The notes below the pieces were generated by a model that searched no databases, was not told the origin of the DNA, and saw nothing but the letters and a program-made list of their open reading frames with translations. From NCBI GenBank assembly GCA_036557885.1, contig DATBGS010000114.1, forward strand, positions 1 through 31,001: DNA of 31,001 bases, read 5' to 3'. Shown here one piece after another: positions 25,694 to 31,001 of the stretch (its first letter is position 1; the number at the start of each line of letters is the position of its first letter). A program made the position numbers and the translations under genes. The stretch is from Ktedonobacterales bacterium (GTDB lineage: Bacteria; Chloroflexota; Ktedonobacteria; Ktedonobacterales; DATBGS01).

Positions 25694-27100
25694 CTATACC
25701 CGCAAACGCGAAGGCAAAATCCGCAGGGATTCACGATATTTTGCCACCGTGCGACGCGCCACAACCAACCCGCGCTCAGCCAACTCAGCAGCCAGTTCTT
25801 CATCGCTCAGCGGATGCCTGGGGTCTTCGCTTGCAATCAATTCGCGCAGGGTATCTTTTGCGCGTAGCGAACCATCAAAAAACTCATCAAAGGGAATGGT
25901 TCGCCCTTCGGGAAGCAGCACAAACTTATTGGCTGTTGCCCGGCTAATCGTAGACTCGTGCAGCCCCACCTTTTGCGCCAATTCCCCGCGCGTGAGCGGG
26001 ACCAAATAGCGCACGCCCTTTTCCAGAAACTCACATTGATACTCCACCAGCGCATCGGAAATCTTCTTCAGCGTCTCCCAGCGTTGATGAATACAATCAA
26101 TAAAAAACTGCGCGCGTGACGTGTAATGGCGAATATGCTGGCGTTCTTCCTCGCTGCTCTGCTGGCGGTCCAGATGCTTTGCCAGATGGTTATAGGTGGG
26201 ATTCAGCCGGAACAGGTATTTCTTATTCTCGACTACCTCCGCCTCAAAGCCCGTTTCCACCCGGCGTATAACGACATCTGGGCGCACCAGCGTGGTGTGC
26301 GCGCGAGCGCCTGCACCGGCGCTTGCAGACGCATCATAAACGTGCGCAGGGAAAGGCGTCAGGTTTGTGCGGATAAATTGCCATGCCTGGCGCACATGCG
26401 AGCCAGGCGCGTGCACCTCCCGCGCAATCTCCGCAAAGCGATGCTCGCCAAGCTGGTTCAAATACTTGTCAACCAATTTCTCAGCCAGCGGCTGTGGGCT
26501 GCCCAGCTCTCGAAACCAGCGCAGTTGAATCAGCAGGCATTCGCGCAGATCGCGTGCCCCAATCCCAACTGGCTCCTGCATCTGCAAAATGTCCAGAACA
26601 TGCAGCACCTGTTCGAGAGCCACCCGCAATGTCCAGGCAGCCTCCTCAACCGAAACCTGCAAATACCCGTGACTATCCAGATTCCAGATCAAATACTCAG
26701 CAATGGGGAAATCGTCGGGGGAAACCATCGTGCGCATATGGGAAAGCAGCGACTCCTCCAAAGACTCCAGCGATTCTACACGCGCCAGCGGATCATAGTC
26801 ATCTTCTTCGCTACTCGACACCCCCGGCTCGTTGTAATCCTCCCATTCAGGGGTGTTCTCCGCCCTGCTGCCAGCCGTCGTACCACAGTTCGGACAGATT
26901 CCATCCTTCATCTGCGTCCCACAGCACTGGCACTGGCTCACTTCTTCCATCTCAAATGCCGGGTTATCTCGCACCTCCACAGCAGCCAATTGCTCCAATT
27001 CCTCAGCAGAAAGCTGCAAAATCTTAATCGAGGCTATCAACTTTGCAGAAATATTTAGTGAGGTCTGTGGTACGATTGACGGGTCTTGCTTTAAAAACAT
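25694..27100 (-). CDS. rpoN: RNA polymerase sigma-54 factor
   Basis: N-terminal region I, Leu/Gln-rich (LIASIKILQLSAEELEQLAA). C-terminal RpoN box ARRTVAKYRESLRI. ATG 27100 has RBS GAGAAGGAAGACGCAG. There is an unusual CxxC...CxxC insert (CQCCGTQMKDGICPNCG) in region II. Confidence 0.9.
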   Translation of the reverse strand: MFLKQDPSIVPQTSLNISAKLIASIKILQLSAEELEQLAAVEVRDNPAFEMEEVSQCQCCGTQMKDGICPNCGTTAGSRAENTPEWEDYNEPGVSSSEEDDYDPLARVESLESLEESLLSHMRTMVSPDDFPIAEYLIWNLDSHGYLQVSVEEAAWTLRVALEQVLHVLDILQMQEPVGIGARDLRECLLIQLRWFRELGSPQPLAEKLVDKYLNQLGEHRFAEIAREVHAPGSHVRQAWQFIRTNLTPFPAHVYDASASAGAGARAHTTLVRPDVVIRRVETGFEAEVVENKKYLFRLNPTYNHLAKHLDRQQSSEEERQHIRHYTSRAQFFIDCIHQRWETLKKISDALVEYQCEFLEKGVRYLVPLTRGELAQKVGLHESTISRATANKFVLLPEGRTIPFDEFFDGSLRAKDTLRELIASEDPRHPLSDEELAAELAERGLVVARRTVAKYRESLRILPSRLRV

Positions 27101-27149
27101 CTGCGTCTTCCTTCTCGTGTCATAGACGGAGCCTCGCTGAGGCAGAAGC

Positions 27150-27866
27150 CTACAGCCAGCCGCTGGCTTCCAACGCCAGCCGTGCCGCTTCTTGCTCTGC
27201 GCTTTGCTTGTTGCGCCCCTGGCCGCGACCTGCGACCTGTTCCCCTAAAAGTACCTCGACACTAAAGAGACGATGATGAGATGGGCCTTCCTCCTTCACC
27301 ACCCGATAGGTTGGTGTCAGCCCTACCTCGGCCTGGGCCAGCTCTTGAAATAGCGACTTATCATCTTTGAAGTGGGGCTGAGAAACGATGCGCTTTGCCG
27401 CAGCCTCCAGTATAGGCAGCAAAAATCTTCGCACTTCCTCCAGCCCGCCATCCAAATAGATTGCAGCGAGAAGCGCCTCAAACGCGGCTGCTAGAATCGG
27501 ATCGCGTTCACGCCCGCCCGTCCGTTCCTCGCCTTTGCCCAGACGCAAGAAGGTACCTAGTTCCAGGCTGCGTGCAAAGCCCGCCAGCGTCTGTGTCTTC
27601 ACCAGCGCCGCGCGCGCATCGGTTAGCTCCCCTTCACTCAGCACAGGGTAACTGCGAAAGAGCGATTCAGCACTCAGAAACGCCAGAATCGCGTCTCCCA
27701 GAAACTCCAGGCGCTCGTTGTAGCGCTCACCCGACACTGGTGTCTCATAAACATAGGAGCGATGCGTCAGCGCCTCCAACAAGAGGCTACGCTCCTGAAA
27801 ATGAACCCCCAAACGCTGCTCAGCGTGCTGCACCAAAAGCGCAGCGTCGCTGCTTTTGGTGCTCAT
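27150..27866 (-). CDS. rnc: ribonuclease III
   Basis: RNase III signature ERLEFLGDAIL and a C-terminal dsRBD (GPSHHRLFSVEVLLGEQVAGRGQGRNKQSAEQEAARLAL). Start at ATG 27866 (MSTKSSDAALL...) or the upstream ATG 27899. Confidence 0.9.
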   Translation of the reverse strand: MSTKSSDAALLVQHAEQRLGVHFQERSLLLEALTHRSYVYETPVSGERYNERLEFLGDAILAFLSAESLFRSYPVLSEGELTDARAALVKTQTLAGFARSLELGTFLRLGKGEERTGGRERDPILAAAFEALLAAIYLDGGLEEVRRFLLPILEAAAKRIVSQPHFKDDKSLFQELAQAEVGLTPTYRVVKEEGPSHHRLFSVEVLLGEQVAGRGQGRNKQSAEQEAARLALEASGWL

Positions 27867-27951
27867 AGAACCATTCTTCCGTCCCGAATGCCTGCGCATT
27901 GGCCTCGCTTCTCTTTATTCTCAAGATTGCGCCAGCATACTAAGAGGCAGC

Positions 27952-28998
27952 TCAGGCCACTTTGATGCCCCTATTAGCAATTACCTCGCCAATTTGCCAA
28001 CAAGCAAGATTTTCTTCCAAAAATTTGCTCTGCACCACCGGCCAGAGTTCCGGCCTCACCGCTGCCAGGAGGCCACCGGAAGTCTGCGGATCAAAAAGCA
28101 AATCGCGTTCAGTTGGCCCAAAATTTGCTGGCAATGTGACAAACTCATTGAGAAATTCCTCGTTGCGTCCCGTCCCGCCAGGCACACACCCGGCTGCCGC
28201 GTAGTGCTGCGCCCCAGGAAGCCAGGGCAGCTGCTCCCACCAGAAGCGTATCCCTCCCTCGCTTTGCAGCGCCATTTCCCAGGCATGCCCCAGCAGCCCA
28301 AAGCCGGTCACATCGGTGCAGGTGCGTACCCCGGCCTGCACCAGCACCTGCGCGGCTTTGCAGTTGAGCGTAGACATGCTGGCTATCGCAGCTTCAAGAT
28401 CACCTTCATCCACCTGTTCGCGTTTATGTGCCGTCGTAATCACGCCAGTGCCCAACGGTTTAGTCAACACCAGCACATCCCCAACCTGGGCCTGGCCTTT
28501 GGTCAAAATCCGTTCAGGATGCACGATGCCCGTCACCGCCAGCCCGTATTTCGGCTCTTTATCGGTGACAGTATGGCCGCCAGCAATCACCCCCCCGCCT
28601 TCCATCACCTTATCGCGCCCGCCCCGTAATATTTCGATGAGAATTTCCGGCTCCAGGTTATCGGGGAATGCCACCAGATTTAACGCAAAGAGCACCTCGC
28701 CCCCCATCGCGTAAACATCGCTCATGGCATTGGCCGCCGCAATAGCGCCAAACGCATAGGGATCATCTACCACCGGAGGAAAAAAGTCAGCCGTACTCAC
28801 AACGGCCTGCTCGCCATTTAGCCGATAGACCGCCGCATCATCAATGCTATTCAGCCCCACCAGCAAATCTGGGTGATTATGCTCCGGCAAGGGAGTAAGT
28901 GGACGCAGCACGTGCGCCAGGGCCGCTGGACCCATCTTTGACGCTCAACCAGCGCAACTGGCAAGCGAGGTCAGACGGATTTTTCTGCCTGTGCTCAT
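27952..28998 (-). CDS. selD: selenide, water dikinase (selenophosphate synthetase) SelD, selenocysteine-containing (in-frame UGA at 28947-28945)
   Basis: The track ORF (27952..28935) aligns with E. coli SelD only from ~residue 25 onward. Reading the same frame upstream through the TGA gives M-S-T-G-R-K-I-R-L-T-S-L-A-S-C-A-G-U-A-S-K-M-G-P.... This matches the E. coli SelD N-terminus IRLTQYSHGAGCGCKISP, with U at catalytic Cys17 and Lys20 conserved. ATG 28998 has a strong RBS TGAAAGGAGGGAGGAGAACC. Downstream the SelD AIR-synthase-like fold is clear (TTDFF..DDPY.FG.IAA.NA.SD..AMGG; VTDVTGFGLLGH). Confidence 0.8.
28945..28947 (-). other. UGA selenocysteine codon within selD
   Basis: Minus-strand codon TGA, 17 codons after ATG 28998, flanked by the GCT-GGT (A-G) and GCG-TCA-AAG (A-S-K) codons and aligned to Cys17 of E. 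coli SelD. Confidence 0.75.
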
Positions 28999-29153
28999 GT
29001 GGTTCTCCTCCCTCCTTTCAGTGGAGTCAGTGTAGCTGGTGGTCCGCGCTTGTTGTATCCAGGCTTTTGCTGTTATTATAGACCGCACACAGCGAGCACG
29101 ACAATCCAGCAACCTGTTCCATGCTCCTTTCTGGGTGCTCGTTACACGTGTTC

Positions 29154-29177
29154 CAGCCTATTTGTTTCAGCCTATTT
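29154..29177. promoter_or_regulatory. direct repeat CAGCCTATTT x2 (14-nt period) in the selD / DUF1611 divergent intergenic region
   Basis: CAGCCTATTT at 29154-29163 and 29168-29177, ~50 nt upstream of ATG 29227. A candidate operator or promoter element. Confidence 0.3.
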
Positions 29178-29226
29178 TCAACAGCAAAAACTCATACAGA
29201 CAACTTGAGAGGGGGAGGCAACAGGC

Positions 29227-30273
29227 ATGCGTCAAATCGCAATTCTGGCAGAGGGGCATTTCACCTGGCAGGGGGCAAAAACAGCCGTTGGCGTCATCCG
29301 CTACGGACAAGACAAGGTTGTCGCAGTGATTGACAGCACCAGAGCCGGGCAGGATGTCGGACAGCTATTAGGGGGCGTGGGCGCGGGCATCCCCATTGTG
29401 CGCGATGTCTCCGAGGCGTTTCAGCATCACCCCGATACGCTGCTGATTGGCATTGCTCCGGTAGGTGGCCGCCTGCCTGACCCCTGGCGGGCGCAAGTCA
29501 GGCAGGCATTGGATCACGGTCTGTTCATCATTAGCGGCCTACACGAATTTCTGGACGACGACCCTGACCTTCACGCGGCAGCCGAACGCCACCATACCTC
29601 CATCTGGGATGTGCGCCGCCCTCCAGCAGAGCGAGCCATGCTCATCGCCAAATATACGCCCCACCGCCCCGGCAGCCACACCGTCTATCTGGCCGGAAGC
29701 GATTGCAACGTCGGAAAAATGACCGTCGCCCTGGAACTTGATCGAGAAGCGCAGCAGTGTGGCCTGTCTTCGGGCTTTGCGGCCACCGGACAAACGGGCA
29801 TCATGATCTCCGGGCGCGGGATGCCGGTAGATCGGCTGATCAGCGACTTCACTGCCGGGGGCGTCGAGGCGCTGGTGTTGGAATTCACCGCAGAATATGA
29901 CTGGGTTTTTGTGGAGGGCCAGGGGTCGCTCATTCATCCAGCGTATTCGCCCGTAACGCTGGGGCTGCTGCATGGCGCCATGCCAGATGTTATGCTGCTC
30001 TGCCATCAGGCACGCCAGACCAACATCAAGGGCTATCCTGCCGTGCCGATTCCGCCGCTGCGCCGGATGATCGAAATCTACGAGCAAGCAATGGGTTGGC
30101 TGCGTCCAGCACCAATCGTTGGTATCGCCCTGAACACCTTTGAACTCAGCGAGGCTGAAGCAGACGACGAAATTCGCCGCGCCGAGGACGAAACGGGCCT
30201 ACCCGCCACCGATTGCGTGCGTTTTGGCGCGGGCAAGCTGATTGACGCGCTCCTGGCCCATGCTGCGCAATAG
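29227..30273 (+). CDS. DUF1611-family protein (Rossmann-like N-terminus + P-loop-like domain; DgcN-like putative N-acetyltransferase)
   Basis: RBS gagagggggagg precedes the ATG. The N-terminus MRQIAILAEGHFTWQGAKTAVGVIRYGQDKVVAVIDS is typical of DUF1611_N. A C-terminal domain carries a GKMT P-loop-like segment. It is paired with a downstream enolase-superfamily epimerase, as recalled for DUF1611 genes. Confidence 0.75.
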   Translation: MRQIAILAEGHFTWQGAKTAVGVIRYGQDKVVAVIDSTRAGQDVGQLLGGVGAGIPIVRDVSEAFQHHPDTLLIGIAPVGGRLPDPWRAQVRQALDHGLFIISGLHEFLDDDPDLHAAAERHHTSIWDVRRPPAERAMLIAKYTPHRPGSHTVYLAGSDCNVGKMTVALELDREAQQCGLSSGFAATGQTGIMISGRGMPVDRLISDFTAGGVEALVLEFTAEYDWVFVEGQGSLIHPAYSPVTLGLLHGAMPDVMLLCHQARQTNIKGYPAVPIPPLRRMIEIYEQAMGWLRPAPIVGIALNTFELSEAEADDEIRRAEDETGLPATDCVRFGAGKLIDALLAHAAQ

Positions 30274-30353
30274 TCTCGCTTCGTAGTCATCAGACAGGCG
30301 TATCTCACCGCAACCGATAGAACAAGAGATCAGAATGGACCGAGGAACACGCT

Positions 30354-31001
30354 ATGCTCACACTGGAAGCCTCACCCATGAACCTCAAACTGCACGAACC
30401 GTTTCGCATCTCGCGCGGCGTGCAGCACTATGCTCATTGCGTGGTCGCAAAAATTAGTGCAGAAGGCGCAACTGGCCTTGGCGAAGCGGCGCCAACCACC
30501 TACTACGGCGAAACCCAGGAAAGCGTTCTCTCCTGCCTGTCGGTGTACGCCGGGCATCTGGGCGACGACCCCTTTGCCCTGGAAGACATCCTGGACGAAG
30601 TGGAGCACACCATCGGGCGCAACGGCGCGGCCAGAGCCGCTGTAGACCTTGCCCTCCATGATCTGGCGGGCAAGCTGCTAGGCATCCCACTGTATCAACT
30701 CCTGGGACTGAACCCGGCCAAAACTCCAAAGACCTCTTTTACTCTTGGCATTGATACGCCCGCCGAGATGCGACGCAAAGCCCTGGAAGCTCAAGGCTAT
30801 CCTATCCTCAAAGTCAAAGTTGGCACCAGAAATGATCTGGAGAACCTGAAAGCCATCCGCGAGGTATCCGATGCCGTCATTCGTGTGGACGCCAACGCCG
30901 GCTGGACCGCCAAAGAAGCCATCAGAATGATTGAAGCCCTGGAGCCATACAATATTGAGTTCGTAGAGCAGCCCGTCCCCTCGCACGACCTGGAAGGGCT
31001 G
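30354..31001 (+). CDS. enolase-superfamily dipeptide epimerase-like enzyme (MLE subgroup; L-Ala-D/L-Glu epimerase / N-acyl amino acid racemase-like), 3' end outside window
   Basis: Manual translation from ATG 30354 with RBS gaggaacacgct: MLTLEASPMNLKLHEPFRISRGVQHYAHCVV...LKVKVGTRN...IRVDANAGW...FVEQPVP. It has the KxK catalytic lysines, the first metal-ligand Asp and the EQP motif of the MR/MLE family. It is open to the window end. Confidence 0.8.
   Translation, partial: MLTLEASPMNLKLHEPFRISRGVQHYAHCVVAKISAEGATGLGEAAPTTYYGETQESVLSCLSVYAGHLGDDPFALEDILDEVEHTIGRNGAARAAVDLALHDLAGKLLGIPLYQLLGLNPAKTPKTSFTLGIDTPAEMRRKALEAQGYPILKVKVGTRNDLENLKAIREVSDAVIRVDANAGWTAKEAIRMIEALEPYNIEFVEQPVPSHDLEGL

Noticed and set aside
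26126-27125. Plus-strand ORFs 26126..27058 and 26383..27027 inside rpoN
   Set aside because: They are antisense to rpoN, which has the RpoN box and N-terminal region I. Their compositions (Pro/Arg/Gln runs) are typical of the wrong frame.
28056-28714. Plus-strand ORFs 27856..28629 and 28316..28714 opposite selD
   Set aside because: They are antisense to SelD, whose fold motifs are clear throughout.
1-31001. CRISPR arrays, IS elements/transposases, integrases, toxin-antitoxin or restriction-modification genes
   Set aside because: I searched for short direct-repeat arrays, terminal inverted repeats and hallmark protein motifs and found none. The window looks like core chromosome.

Overview
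High-GC (~60%) bacterial chromosomal segment of about 31 kb carrying housekeeping and metabolic genes. It shows no prophage, IS, CRISPR or defence hallmarks, and the RBS and promoter style and gene content (RicT/YaaT, DUF3090, FtsH) are consistent with a Terrabacteria/Chloroflexota-like organism. I hold that placement loosely. Confident calls are mogA, a sensor histidine kinase, ftsH, thpR (2H RNA ligase), an ANTAR response regulator, ricT, corA, lplA-family, dppA (M55), tRNA-Leu(GAG), tRNA-Gly(CCC), guaB, rpoN, rnc, and a PucR regulator embedded in an fdrA/DUF1116/DUF2877 (AllF/AllG/AllH-like) cluster. The most important hidden feature is that the ORF track truncates selD. The true gene (27952..28998, minus) contains an in-frame TGA selenocysteine codon aligned to the catalytic Cys17 of E. 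coli SelD, and it has a strong AGGAGG RBS at the extended start. Other points worth follow-up: the allH-pucR-allF-allG arrangement lacks a carbamate kinase; a DUF1611 plus enolase-superfamily dipeptide epimerase pair lies divergent from selD; there is a Cys-rich multi-zinc-ribbon protein; CorA carries GQN instead of the canonical GMN filter; the SPFH membrane protein has long disordered tails; and several perfect hairpins and direct repeats sit in intergenic regions. Many ORF-track entries are antisense artefacts of the high GC content, and the track uses GTG/TTG starts, so several starts were re-assigned to downstream ATGs with an RBS.
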